A DNA stretch of 63,508 nucleotides, the filler included, from Intoshia linei (taxonomy: Eukaryota; Animalia; Orthonectida), in the NCBI GenBank assembly GCA_001642005.1. It is 6 parts of 6 records of this genome, joined end to end, with 100 filler letters (N's around TTAATTAATTAA, not from the genome) between each part and the next. Parts side by side here need not be neighbours in the genome. Positions count along the whole stretch, not along the records: positions 1 to 15,886 come from LWCA01000891.1; 5 more parts are not named here. One strand, written 5' to 3'. This document shows positions 1 to 13,837 of this stretch, one piece after another. Under the pieces are notes generated by a model. The model saw only the letters and a program-made list of their open reading frames with translations, was not told where the DNA came from and ran no database searches. The position numbers and the translations under genes are program-made. Position 1 is the first letter of the stretch, and each line of letters starts with the position of its first letter.

Positions 1-104
1 TATATTATAATGAATAAATGTAACAAATTTGAAATTAGAAATATTAAATGGAATCATGAAATTATAAATGTTTAAGCTTTACAAAGAAAAGATAAAATTT
101 ATTA

Positions 105-770
105 TTAATGGCTACCTTGATATTAATGACTATTTGATAATTTTTCAATATCAGGAGCGATATTTGTTAAGCATAATCTTAAGTCACCCCGTTTTGATAA
201 GTGTAGTTTGTTCCTTTTTTTGATTGAAGATTAGTTACTATGCTAAAACCTTTCTCAACAGGGTAAGTAGATGTTTATATAGGCCAATAGTAACAATGTC
301 ACTTCGTTACAAAGATTTGTATATGCATTTTTTTTTTTCAAAAAATAAGGTAGAGTAAACTTTTTGTTAAAAAAAGAATTGTGCCTTAATGTCATTTTGT
401 AAGTCAATCAATTCTTCTACTAAATTCAATGGAATTGAATTAACATCAACATTGAATGGATTTATTGCATACTCTGATATTTCTGTGTTTCGTGTATTAT
501 AAATACTAATTATTTTGTTGATTAAAATTGCATGTAATGTTTAATTCTAACGAGTTCACCTAAATAAAAAGATTCCAAAGATGAATACAAACCCTTTCTA
601 CAAAATAATCATGTGACTATAACGACTGTACCAGCTAGGCTCATTGAACGGTTATAATCTGATGTTATATTAGAAATTCCAACAGATGCGATAAAAATAT
701 TTTCGCCCATTGCCATTGGATCATAAAAACGCCCCAAGGGGGGCGCTATCGCCCAGGTTAAGAATCACTG
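105..770 (-). mobile_element. Internally deleted hAT (Buster/Charlie-type) element with decayed transposase C-terminus
   Basis: Minus strand starts with the terminus CAGTGATTCTTAACC at 770. Fragments NPFNVDVNSIPLNLVEELIDLQND and TSTYPVEKGFS...KRGDLRLCLTNIAPDIEKL resemble the ZBED5/SCAND3-like hAT C-terminus, with stops and frameshifts. Confidence 0.75.
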
Positions 771-3359
771 ATGTATGTGATATTTATAATTATAATACTC
801 TCAATAATAATGATTGCATGACGACCAAAAATCATTAACGAATTATTTTTTTCTAACCTTATACTTATGAGAACTAATTTTCATATTTAAATCTATTTTT
901 TCGTAGTTGAGATGACAAGTAAATTTGGAAATACATACAAGTATGTAGATTTATACTATAAATTTTATCAGTGTCAGAGTCACCTTAAGAAATATTGTCA
1001 ATATTCTATTATTTTATAATTACAAGAATCACCAACTGTAAGAGAAGATTACTAGTATTCTAGTACCAATTTTTTAACCCTGTTTTATAAAATTTTATAT
1101 GTACACTGAATAATTACCAAATCATGACCGTACGTAGTTGTTATGCGCTTTGAGGTGTATATAATGTCTCCCTTACTTGACACACAAACTAAACACCCAT
1201 CAACAAGCTAGATAATCATATATGGTTTATTATTATATATAATAATATATATAAGTTTACATAATTAATTGAAAACAAATTACTTGTGAATTGCACTTAT
1301 AATTATAGTGGGAACCATGTAATTTTATTAAGGTTTAGGTGCGTCAGTTTACAGTTGAAACTAATTAGTCAACGTTTGTGAATATTGATAAATATAGTAA
1401 AATTATGTGTTGAGTATGAACCCATATGAGACCGTTCAGGGTCATTAATATTACAATATTTAATAACATTGTTATAAATAACAAGTCATAAATTATACCT
1501 TATGCACCATTACATCATTAACTCATCGGTTAAGTAAGGCTCAGTTTCATTAATTAAATATGGTTATTTATGATCAAGAAATTAATTAAAATTGCATTTT
1601 TAATTGTATTAGGCTCGTTAAATTATGGAACAAATGTATGCACGATTTTGTTATGACCATTTTACCGTCCGATTATAACTCAGAATATGTGTAGTTATAT
1701 TACTTATAATTTTCCTTCATATTTTTCATGTTGTTGCAAGTATATATGTATAATAGATTATACAATGACTTAAATTGCCAGTTGACCTTTATATGCAGAA
1801 TCTACTATATTGTAGACTTGAACCTTAATTAAAAGATATACCTTGACACTGGGCAGCCGTTAAACTAAAGCCAATTAATCTATTTTTAAAAAAATAGATT
1901 TGTATTTAATGCAGTTTTATATATTGAAGAAGAAAATGGTCAAAACCACAAAAAAATAGTTTATTATCATGCGATAAACTACTTTATTATAACCTTAGGA
2001 AACTATATTGCCTAAACTTTTTGAAATTTACATTTCGTATTGTATGAACGTGTTAAATATCAATAAATTAATAAACTGAATATATTATGAACCATACATC
2101 ATGCAATTTTTCGCTTAAAATTGGACTTATAAAGGAGGGTTTCCATCCAAAGTAATGTTTTTCAACTCCAATATCGTGTCGAATTTTTAAAAAATTAACT
2201 GCCAAACGTAAAATTCCAGATTTATCGATTTTTTTTCCACCAGGACAAGGTACTAATTTTCCGAGCTAATGAATGTAATATAATAGTAACTATATATGCA
2301 TTAAATTATACCTGTCCGATACACATGTTTAATCTATCTCGTCTGTATTTTTCGCTTTCGTTCCTAGATATTCTAAATTTTGACAAAATAAATGATTTTA
2401 TTGTATTTATTTAAATAAAAAATGTAAATATTCATGTTTATTCGAAAATTTTAACTAAGAATACGTTCAATATGTAAAAATACCTCCTAATCAAAGCATT
2501 TTTGTTTGTTATATCTGGTGATTCTTCCTTGAAAACTGCTATGTTAAAATTTAAAAATATATATTCTCATCTAACTGTGATCAGCATTTTTTTTATCCAG
2601 TGTTATGGGTTTAGTAATTTTTGGGATTAAACCGTCATCCATTTTGTATTGGGTCAATATTTTAGATTGTAGATATTATTGAAATTATTAACAAGTTATG
2701 CACAATTTTGATATAATCTTGTCATGTCATTAAATTCTTTGGAGCCGACCAGGGGTGATTTTTACGAGAAAATGGATATGTTTAAGACTATCAGTGAGTT
2801 GCAATAACTTGGTTATATGAGATTGGAGTCTTGCTCACATAAGTAGACAAAATATTTTGCATTGGCATATGGCATGACCCAGTTATAAAAATATTATACA
2901 TTTGTATCATAGGGAGTACTGATTAGATTAGAATTAAAATAATTTTTGTTGCATGACATAAAATAATGTTACGGAGAAATGGATGTACTTTACTTAGTTT
3001 TTTTTAAATTATAAAAATAATTATTAATATATAAAGCTAGAGTAGGCTAAATAATATTTAGTAATATTTATATTTTGTTAATGACTGTTACTGAACAATT
3101 GTTAATGTTGAATATTTAAAGTTCGTGCTTCGTATCGTTGAACCAATCTTTGTGATTCGTGTTCGGATCATGCTTCGGGTCGTATTGTATAACTCTATAT
3201 TATATTTTACATTTAATATTATTTTTTATCTGAAATCATTGTAACCAGAATACTATGAATATTTGTATAATACAATTAATGCGTATAGAGATGTATCCGC
3301 AAGAGCGTGTTTACACGTTAAGAATACTGTAATTAATGATAATTATTGTTGTTATTATT

Positions 3360-3470
3360 AGTTGGAGAGATAGCTAGGTCCTATATGACACTAAGTATTG
3401 TAGCCATCTTTTTTTGAGCCTATTTTTGATTTTCCGGTGACTTCGAGGTTGGTAGATTTGGATCTGAGTA
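3360..3470 (-). repeat. Dispersed repeat; related copies at about 18680-18800 and 25880-25960
   Basis: Shared degenerate block ctacc..g.tcga....ccgaaaat.aa.aatagg...aaaaaa, seen by eye in three places. Confidence 0.5.
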
Positions 3471-4487
3471 CACGTATCTAAATATACAACTCATTGATGA
3501 TCAAATTAAGGAATAAATTATTAAAGTCGCCTGCTTGCAGCCCTGACCTCAATTTTAAGTCCTTGATCGAATATTTATGGATAATACTTTCAAGAGATGT
3601 GAATATACTAAACTCACTGAGTAGTATACAATTATTTATATGAGTATCACACAAAAAAAACAATATTTATCATGAAAAGATACATAAGATAAGTGTATAA
3701 TTAACAATTATATTCGCTTAGGCCAATATTAAACAACATTAAAGAAATTAATAACGTTGTTAATTCAATGACAATTCTAATTTTGGAATTATTTGAAAAA
3801 TGGATGATGTACCCATAAAACAGTGTAATTATTTAATTATTATTTATCTTAAGCTATTTTATTTATGTACCCTATATTATAAATATATTTTTACTGACAT
3901 AATACAAAAATTTCTTCTATTTTTCCTAGTATTTTTTCTAATTTATCCGGCCCGTGCCAACTAGTTTGGTGGTCACTGATATTAATAGATAGCCATTTCC
4001 TTCGCTTCCTTGGAAAAAATTAATAGCGATATCTAAAGTCATTATTATTCAATGGTTTACTGCTTGTTACTTATAATTACAACGGTTGTTTATAAAATGG
4101 TGGAAAGCACAGAAGATTAAAGAATCGGAATAGTTTTTATTCATAATTTTAACGGTTCCGATTTCGAGTAATCCTTCCATTACTAGTTACAAGTAAGTAC
4201 TTTTTAACTATTAATCATTATAAACCATTTTAATTAGAGCTATCATTAATCCAGATTTGACTACCTTTGATTAAAATCATGTCTTCTCTATTTGGACTAT
4301 ATTAAAATTACATATAAACATAATTAACTAAAAAAATATCAGAATTGACGATCCCAGTACAATAATTCTGAACTACTAATTAAATTAACGGATATTACAT
4401 ATGTCGAGCTCAATCTCATTTTAATAAAGGCTGCACTACGGTTATAACTATTATATTTATTGAAACCAAAAATTTAACAACAGAATA

Positions 4488-6561
4488 TTAATTGCAATAT
4501 TTTCGCTTTTTCATTGAAAATAGCACATTTTCAATATTTTGTAAGATAACGGAGGAATTTGGAGCAATGGGTAAGATGGAATCATTTTTCATAGTAGACA
4601 GCTCAGTTTTTATTTCTTCGATGTCTCTTTTCAACTTAGCACGTCTATATTAAAAAATAAGCAAAAAACGTATAACTAGGTACCTGTTTTGAAACCATGT
4701 GATAACTTGAGTGTTGGATAGTTGCAATGTTTTTGCTATTTGATCTCTATCATGAGGGGTTAGGTATTTTTGATATAAAAAACGTCTCTCTAGTTGATTG
4801 ATTTGATCAGAGCTAAACGCAGTTCTACATTTTCTCCGTTTTCTTCTAGTAGACGGTTCAACGTTTTTAATCTTTTGTGAGTCTAAATAAATTATTATTT
4901 ATGATAACTATATTATAAGTTTATCAAAATTGCCTTTAATTAGTCAAATGTGCCTATTTACTATGTATGATATGTTACTTGAAATCATATATTACCTTAG
5001 GCTTATTAATCAATGTACTAAACCGACAATAGCACCCAAAATTCTGAAATTGAGTTATATATCGGTGTATCTTTTGTCATATACAAAGTCATTAAAATGT
5101 TATTAACATAAATGTAATAATCTTAATAATTAATACTTTCGACATTATTTATTACTTTCATTGTGATACAAATTTATAAAAATTAACTGTGAAGGCAGAG
5201 TTAATGAAAATATAGTTTTTAATTAAAATTGTATTTTTAAAATTTTTAGATTACTAAGTTCAATATATCATACAAATATCTATTTTAAAAATATATCATG
5301 AAATGCAAAATTGTGTGTATTTAAGCGTTTATTTAAATTGAAAAATATTTTTTCATTAACATATTTCTCAATTTGTCAAAGTTGATTAATAGTTTTGACA
5401 AATGCTAAATTGAAACGAATTGTAAAAATTTAATTTCATATCATAGCTTAATATTTAATTTGATAAAATAATAATTTTACTAAAAAGTACATCATTATGG
5501 TGTAATAGAGTCAAATTTTAAAAACTCTAGATTGTGCTTCCCAACTGTTGGAATAATTTTTAATATATTTTTTAACATTATATTGAAATAGTTATCAATA
5601 AATGTCATCCAATTATTGAGTAATTAAATATTTATTATTCAAATGCATTTATCATAAAAACTGCTGCTGTATCATGTGTGACACTTAAATGTTACTTTCA
5701 AATGTAATTTATAACCCCGGATGGAACAATTTGAGCAGAATATAGTAATGATTTTAATATTTGTAACATTTTAACACGACCATATCAATATTAAAATAAA
5801 AAATATCCAGATACATCCATTTTAAAATAATGAATAATATTTTTAAAATAACCGTTATCATCATCTTTATACTTCATTTCGGAAATGGTATTTGATGTAA
5901 GTTTGAATAGTTCGTCTAGAGAATTTTTTTGGTTTGGAGTTTTTAAAAATGACGCGGAAGGCGATAAATTACCAATAGGTTCACTTTGACATTTAGAATT
6001 GTGGGAAAGGTTATCAGATTTATTAAATATTTCGCGTTCTAGAAATAAATTGTCTTCTCTCTTTTCTATAGAACTTTTAGTTCTGCGTACAACGAATGAG
6101 TTGTGATAATTATTAGGTATATTTTCAGGATATTCAGGTTTAATTTCTAGTTGAGAAGGTTCCGATAAAATATCTGATATAAGAAACGAACTAAATGGTT
6201 GAGATTTTGTTATTGTGGCCATATGATCAACAACAGCTGATTGTTGATTGCAATGCAAATTTAAATAATTATTTATAAATTTGGGGGTATATTTTGTATT
6301 ACAGTCCCTTTTACAATGTTCATTAGATTGGTACGTCTTTACTCCAAGTTGGCTGAGCAAAATTTCTGCCATTTTACAATTTGCGTCTTTTTTATCGATA
6401 ATCGGGGAGCCAACATTATAATGAGGTAGTATTTTGCCAAAATGGTTGTTGAGATGCACAAAAATTTGTTTTTGCAATTCTTCGTTCATAGTATTAATGT
6501 CCCATTTTGGAATTAAATCAGAATTTATGGAAATTAACTGTGGTTTCTTTTTCTCAAACAT
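4488..6561 (-). CDS. Lbx: Ladybird-family (NK class) homeobox transcription factor, 3 exons, 354 aa
   Basis: complement(join(4488..4644,4684..4882,5853..6561)), all GT-AG and in frame. Homeodomain RRKCRTAFSSDQINQLERRFLYQKYLTPHDRDQIAKTLQLSNTQVITWFQNRRAKLKRD has the Lbx-diagnostic VITWF and the LKRDIEEIK tail. Exon 1 has an eh1-like FLISDIL and an Lbx-type SLDELFKLTS motif. AATAAA lies just downstream of the stop. Confidence 0.95.
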
Positions 6562-7636
6562 TGCAATTGTGTTGAAAGGAAAATAATAAAATGAATTAGA
6601 ATGCTAGTTTGTGCGTAATAGCGAGAATATATCATTGGTAGTTGATTACTATCTATTTATTATATTGAGCTTAACGTAATAGACAAGTCAATCAAACGCT
6701 CTGCAATTAGCCAACATGGGCGTATCAAAGTAAAACTAGACAATCCTAGAACAATTAGAACATACTCATTTATTTTTATCAACAATAAATATTGAAAATA
6801 AATTCAATTAAATTGGCACTCAAAATATTCCAAAGATTAATGAGATCAATTAGCATATTTATTTCAATATACGTCAATCAAAAAAACTATTGAGCAGAAA
6901 ATTACAGTCTATTGTAAAATTAATATTTATATTAATGTGGCATTTATTTATAACCAACATGTAATTTATGGTTCTTTTTTATGTCGCAATATGGGTTGAT
7001 GACTATCAAAACCAGAACATTCGGCAGTAATAGTGATATATTGCCTTTCTCTACTATAATACATGAGGTTGATGGATAGATACAAGACAAGTGCAGTAAT
7101 TTATTAATGTCACATGGGTGTATTTGAATTTATGTCATTCAAAATAGAATTTAATTCAGTTATCTTTATCCAATAAATTACACAATTTTTATATATTCTA
7201 GGTATTTAATCTATTTATTCAACGCTAGACATTGTTAAACTTTATCACAATCAATTAACATAATTGATGACATTGTTCAGTTCGCAGTAGTGTTATTCCA
7301 ATTTATGATCAATATTACTAGTTAAAAATCCACCCGAAATTTAATACTGCATTTAATAGAGAACGCACGTTTTGCATATACTAAAAGAAAGTAATTAATA
7401 ATACACTTAAAGGATAACATTATAATTTAACATGTAATTGAATCTGTAAACGAAGATTTGGTAATTTTAAGATGTAAATCAATAATCCTATCATTTAAAA
7501 AATGTATTAACTACACTTATCGAGATAAATAGCCTATAAAACAAAATTAACCAACTTTAAATTTATTTAAAACCGTACCAAGTGTTTCACTTTGAATTAT
7601 TGCTTTACTTATTGATTTCTAAACATACACGTTGAT

Positions 7637-8020
7637 TTAATATATTTTTTTATTACCCGCGGAAATTATGATAAAAAATGCTAAGAACACATCAAAAAAG
7701 AGAACCATTATCCAAAGAAAATAGTCATCGTCGACTTGATTCAAGACACTACTACCTTTTTCATAAACATCACCGTCGAATCTCTGTTGTAATGTAGGGA
7801 TTTGTCCATAAGGATGTTCAAATGCTTTAAAACTTTTTTGTCGTTTTTTATATACATACAATTCGCATTCATTTTCTAATTCTTTGATAAAATCGTAAAC
7901 TCTTATTTTTTCTTTTTCTTCTTCACGGTGAACTTTTTTCAATCGTTTGTCTAATTCTTTCACTACTTTTATTTTTAATAGTCTGTCCTTTGAAACACGT
8001 TTTATTCTGTTATAATTCAT
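7637..8020 (-). CDS. Hypothetical small protein with charged N-terminus and C-terminal transmembrane segment
   Basis: 127-aa ATG ORF; hydrophobic YFLWIMVLFFDVFLAFFIIISAG followed by a short basic tail NKKIY. No family recognised. Confidence 0.5.
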   Translation of the reverse strand: MNYNRIKRVSKDRLLKIKVVKELDKRLKKVHREEEKEKIRVYDFIKELENECELYVYKKRQKSFKAFEHPYGQIPTLQQRFDGDVYEKGSSVLNQVDDDYFLWIMVLFFDVFLAFFIIISAGNKKIY

Positions 8021-9251
8021 TTAATTTAATTTATAATACTTTTAATAGATTGTTATCGACACATCTAAAATAAGATAACACTAAGATTTATTATGTATTT
8101 CAAAAATGGTAAATGTGCGGCCCATAATATAATTTAAGATTTATCGCTTATAATAAATGGTAATAAATTATTTTTAATACTTGATACGCTCTATTTATTA
8201 TAACACATGCTCATAACTATGATTCCCTCATAAAAACTTTAAATACTGTGTATCAGTGTTAATTATACGATGCACACTGTGCAATGCACAGTGAAATACT
8301 TTTTTATAATATATTGATAAATATTTTTTGTCGTAGATCATAATATTGTATTAGACATACATTTAATTATGTTTCAACTGTCAACACAATACAAAATACT
8401 ACAAACCCTTTCACTAAACTAAAATATAGATTTGAGAAATTTGATTTACACGTAGTTTAATTTCTACTAACGTATTTTTTAATACAGTAGTTAACTAAAT
8501 TTTGGTTTTTTTTATGGACCAAACCTACGTTTATAAAAATAATTGTTAATAATAAAATTTAAAAAATCAACTCAATTATGATACAACTTCAACATAAAAT
8601 CCTTGAGACATTAAATCTTTCCTAATTCAAAATTTGTGAGTAATTTTTCTGTAATTTTTTCACAGTTTAATACCGAAAATATGAACACCTTGTGACTCTC
8701 ACAACGTCTGAGTGTACACTGTGGATTCTTATTACTATAAATCTCGTATATTTTTTTTCGCTAAATCCTATTCGAATCTGAAGAAACCCATCTGAATGGG
8801 TGGAGTAGGATAGATTTGATAAAATCTGCACTATAATATAATGATTATCTGATTGAATAATGTCGATCAAATAGATTCAAAATGGATCAATTTCAAAAAT
8901 TTTTTTTTTTAATATTTTCATTTCGTTTGCAATGTTTGTCAATTTGCAGTGTCTATCTAAAGCGCTTCGGATTAACACATAAATAAAAAATTTCTATTTA
9001 ATTAAATCATTACCATGTGAATATCATTATAATATTATAATATAAAAAATACATACTTTATATATTATAGTACAGGGGTCGGCAATTTTTTGTATCTCGT
9101 GAGCAACTTTTTTATATCAAAAAATTATATGATTGATAAAAGTTATACATAATAGATATCAATTTTAACTGAATAGAAATGTTTATAGTATATTCAAAAA
9201 AATCAAATCCGGGACGATCTGAAAATTCAGTATTAACACAATATAAGGGTT

Positions 9252-9308
9252 GTGCACTGATATAAACACTATTGTGCATTTAGATAAACACTAGTGTGCA
9301 TTCATATA
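9252..9308. repeat. Short tandem repeat, 22-nt unit, about 2.6 copies
   Basis: tgtgcactgatataaacacta / tgtgcatttagataaacacta / tgtgcattcatatac. Confidence 0.6.
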
Positions 9309-9320
9309 CGGACCATTCTA

Positions 9321-10354
9321 TCCTAACTTATATAAAATGCCACGCGATTTTTGTTTGTCTGTCTGTCTGTGTGTGTTACTTTTTTGAAATAACTAGCACT
9401 CTTAGAATTTTTTAAAAACCTTATTTCAATACAGTTTTTTCCGGGATGTATAATAAGATAAATTTCAACCTCCTAATTTTACATCTTAAGGGTCAAAAAT
9501 ACTGAATGGTAAAAAATAATTTTTAAAAATAAAAATAAATATTGATCCTACAATTTCAAAAAAAAATGTAGATTGTACGTCTACACATTTCCAGTCAAGA
9601 CATATGAGTGAAAATCTATATAATTCATTCCTTCGAAATTTTTTTCATTGCTATGCAATTTTTAAATTTCAAATTTTCATTTTCCAAATATTTTGAATAA
9701 CATCTAATCTAACAAACAACGAATTTATAAAAGTTTTGATACTAACTTAATTTAACTTAATTTGAAAATGCTAAAAATAAAAGTAACATTCACAAGAAAA
9801 AAGGCCAAAAGTATGGACAAATTTTTAACATTAATCATTTTTATATTACAATTCTTTGCAATAATGGTAAAATTAAATTATTCAATTAATTATTGATGCA
9901 CAATTGGTATTTTTAAGTATTTATTAAATTGGTTCTAAATATATATCATTATATTGAAAATGACAAAATAGGTTTTTATAATTTTATTTTGCTGGAATTT
10001 ATGCTAATTTTGATAATTTTTAGGATTGGACTGTTTTTACTTTATTTTAATATTATATACACATTCTGTTTAATAAATTAAAAAAATGGGATAATAATTG
10101 TTTTTAAACTTCTTTACGCAAATGTTAACAAAAAAAATTAAGATGGAATAATTCACTTTAAAGTAAAAAGTAATGTGATATGACGGTTCCACCTGAAACA
10201 AATTTGGGAACCACTCCTTTAAAGGATGGATAATAGTTAATAGTAGGATTTTTTAGTTAGATTTTCAACGTGAATTTATCTTTTTGGTATAATAAAAGAG
10301 TGCCCTCGGCAGAGCTAGGTGCTGTTTGTACGTAGTACAAAACAGCCAAGCTAG
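9321..10354 (+). mobile_element. Non-autonomous Helitron, both termini present
   Basis: A|TCCTAACTTATAT start, (GTCT)n/(GT)n microsatellite, subterminal hairpin CTGTTTGTAC-GTA-GTACAAAACAG, CTAG|T end, no TSD. Confidence 0.88.
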
Positions 10355-10513
10355 TAACATTATATAATGCCGTGCAATACAATTAAATGTAATTGTATGT
10401 AATATTTCATTTATAGCTAAAGTTTAAAATTAAATTCATTTTAACATTGATAAATAAATACTTAAATCTGAGTAAATACAACTAAGTAAATTTAGAATAA
10501 TATCAATTTGGCA

Positions 10514-11477
10514 ATGAATCACTTTAAAGGTTTATAAAATTATTTTATACACTATTTATACGTTAGTTTTATTTATATTTACTATTTTTTTCAATTTTCG
10601 TGCACAATTATCGGATGAATCAAAAACTGTAAATAAAATAGCAGATACAATACGTATAACAAAAAAATTCATTTATAAAATTTTAGTTAATGTAAACAAT
10701 ATAAATCGCTTAATGTCGGTGTTTTCTGAAAGTTTAGTCATAATTCGGGTATATTTTATTTTAAAATATATTATTTTCAGGATTTTCTTACAGAAGTGAA
10801 ATATCAATCATACCAAGTACCGGAGAATATGATTGGAAATGAGAAAATGATGGATATATATATTTATTATCAAAGTAATGGTACAAAAACGGAGACAAAA
10901 AACGAACAAGATACAAAAAAGGACAATAATAACGAGGAAAATAATAATATTGATGATAAAACCGGGGAAAAAGAATATAAAAAAAAAGTAGGAGACACAC
11001 CTAAACCCAATATAAATGAATCATCAAATATAAAAAATATTATAGAAACACCGAAAAAGCCGAAATTCACATTATTTATCGACGTAAGACAAATTTTATC
11101 ACTTTATTATATTTAACCTGGAAACGAAAGATTTTTTCAGTTATGTAGTATAAATCTTTAGAAAATATTATATTTGGACTACTAAAAAATCTCTGTGCAT
11201 ATCCATGCACTAATAATATGAAAATATATTTTAATATTAAATAAGTTATTATCTTAATATATAAATTAGTAATTATATCATTCATTAAAATTTTTCATCA
11301 CATATATAATTTTTATAGAAAATATGGAAATTTAAAATATACATATCACTTGGATTAGTAGCAGTGATTGTAATATCAATAATAGTTGCTATATCTGTGA
11401 AGGTTGCTAAAAATAAAAAACTAACAAAGCCAAATAGATTAAATAGTGATGAAAACTCGTTGATTTCAGACATGTAA
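10514..11477 (+). CDS. Orphan single-pass type I membrane protein, 5 exons, 208 aa
   Basis: join(10514..10529,10567..10653,10687..10748,10781..11083,11319..11477) is in frame with GT-AG introns of 37, 33, 32 and 235 nt. Signal-like MNHFKVLFIFTIFFNFRA, K/N/E/D-rich stalk, TM IYISLGLVAVIVISIIVAISV, tail ending DENSLISDM. Confidence 0.7.
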
Positions 11478-11506
11478 TGATTTGTAATCAAAATAAATTT
11501 AATATT

Positions 11507-13667
11507 TCAAGTGGATACTTGCACAATTTTTCCAATTTCTTCATTATCTTTTTCTAAAATTGAATCATCATCCTTTAATCCCAATTCTCTCAGAATTTCA
11601 AGTTCCAAATCCAAATACTTGTTATATTCAACTTTCATATTTGCCAAAATGTCATCCTCGTTTAGGTGAACATTCGCACCAATCTAATAAATATAATGAA
11701 ATATACCATGTATCCTTTACTTATAAATCTGTGTGTTACCGTATATTAAAAAATTAATAGTCTTAGAATTAAAAAAACCCAATTTCTAATACAGTTTTTC
11801 ATAGGGGATGTTTATATCTATGTTTCATTTTCTGAATTGTAGTCCTTCAGGGTCAAAAATCCAATTGCCCTTTTTTTTAAAAATAAAATCAGCCCAAAAA
11901 TTAAAAAAACAAATTCTGGGACGTGTTTAAAAATCATTATCGTAAAGTGGGAGGCCTTAAGCAGGTACAAAATTTTATCCTTTTATTTAATACAATAAGA
12001 TGATTATTTAACGATATATTTACAAATTTGAATAAAATATTAGTTTTTCACCATGAAACTTAAATTAAATAATGTTTAGTGGGAATATATGATCAGCAGG
12101 AAGATTAATTGAAACATTTTTTAAAGAGGTATGATAAATTTTTTAGTTAAAATCAAAATATAAATACTCACACCAGCATTTCTTTTCAATTCAATTTCGT
12201 GTTCAATTTTTTCTTTTTCCCTCAAATCCCATCGATGTTGAACAAAATTTCTTCGTTCCACTTCATTTTCAAAATATGTACGCGTTTTTTCAAACTAAAT
12301 AAATATTAATGTTCTAACGAAATGTTCCAACTTCGTTTTGTTTTTGTTTGAAAAACGATGATGGAATTTGGCGAATATGTAGAGTTCCAGTACTATCACC
12401 TAATGCAATAAACTCTTCGTTTTCTAAGCGTATATAAATTATATCCAGTGTTTATTAATTTACCGCTCGTATTTTTGGTTGTAATATAGCAAATATCAGC
12501 AGAACATACATTCTAATATATTTTATATTGTTTATTAATGTATATTACTTGAACAGAAAATGGCTCATGAGTTCTATCCAAAATATCCCATATTTCAAGA
12601 TTACCATCTGATCTTGCAATGTAAAATAATGATGGCCGAGTTTGAGACCAGCAACCACTTTTAAGGTAATATTGATATGCACAACACTTCAATATAGGTC
12701 CAGACTAAAATAAATAGTATATATCAAATACTGAATTACATTTGTTCCCGCTTTCCATAAACTCCATGTCCAGCCACCGACACATAAAATTATATCATTA
12801 AAAAATGACGATCGAGTACAAAAATTGACATAACCATCATGAATACTTGAACTAAAATCGGGCTTAGCCGCTAATTTAAAATTTAAACATAATATTTGAA
12901 TTTAAAAAAATGTACTTATCGGCTTTCCAGTTTCCTGGTCTTTTTCAGGGATCCAGTCAATAGAAAATATATATCCATCCTAAAATTTAATTTTTCATAC
13001 ATATAAAATATGAACTTCGCTTCCGCCTTGAATAAGAGTGTTTACATCTAATAATATAGTTTTGCTTTGCAATGTTGCCATTTCATTCTCATTTTCTTTG
13101 TTATAGGTATATTTTTTGATGTATAATTAAAAATATTACCTAAATTCGAAAATGTTTTTTCACATGATGAGTTATGTGGTCCAATGCTGAAACGGGTGGG
13201 TGCAAGATATTCGTTAGTATCACATTTGCGACATGTTATCTTAATATACATTATATTTGAAGATTCATTATAATCAACTTTTAAAATTGGAACCCAAACA
13301 AGATTCAAATCCTTAATGTTTGCATAAATATCGGCATTTTCTTCTGTTTCAGATGTATACTTCTTTGGTGAACGTAAATTCCACACAAAAATGTTTCTGA
13401 ATGTAAAAATGGTTTATTAAATTTTCAATTCTAACCCATCTAAAGAACTAGTTATAAGTTGCTGGCATTTACTTGAATTAGTGGATTGAGGTAATCCAGT
13501 TCTCAAAATCTACATAATTTTGTTTTATTTGAAAATATTTATACCTCAAAATATGCAGGAACCCACTGCAAATCTGTTACGGCTAAATAATGTGACGCTT
13601 CAACATTTGAGCTTACATATTCCTTTATTGTAATAATTTTTTGCGTTTCGTCTTCTTCAAAGATTAA
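11507..13667 (-). CDS. WDR63: Axonemal dynein intermediate chain WDR63/DNAI3 (IC140-like), 3' exons; 5' part not found in this piece
   Basis: Spliced translation gives SHYLAVTDLQWVP, CQQLITSSLDG, IHDGYVNFCTRSSFFNDIILCVGGW, GCWSQTRPSLFYIARSDGNLEIWDILDRTHEP, GDSTGTLHI and YFENEVERRNFV, matching the WDR63 WD40 repeats and C-terminus. Stop TGA at 11507-11509. Confidence 0.9.
11713..11990 (+). mobile_element. Helitron 5' fragment in the last WDR63 intron
   Basis: A|TCCTTTACTTATA start, with internal similarity to the 9321 and 22805 copies. Confidence 0.6.
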
Positions 13668-13837
13668 CTATGTATAAATAAATAAAATTTATTTTAAATT
13701 AAATTTCATTGTTATCGAATGGTTATCAAATTTGGGTATAAAATATATCCTACCAGATCATCACATTATTAAAGAACATCTTATTGACATGACGTTTTTT
13801 AAATTGTAATTAACATACATTTATTATATATAACTAT

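Noticed and set aside
5791-5852. C-terminal GYFKNIIHYFKMDVSGYFLF of the 256-aa ORF
   Set aside because: It is read-through into Lbx intron 1.
8276-8294. Perfect hairpin CACTGTGCA-A-TGCACAGTG
   Set aside because: Single short occurrence with no supporting context.
10788-11491. Hydrophobic minus-strand ORFs at 10788-11491
   Set aside because: They are shadows of an A-rich plus-strand spliced gene.
11710-11720. GTATCCTT as a U12-type 5' splice site (also at about 19759 and inverted at about 20085)
   Set aside because: It coincides with Helitron 5' ends and has no flanking exon.
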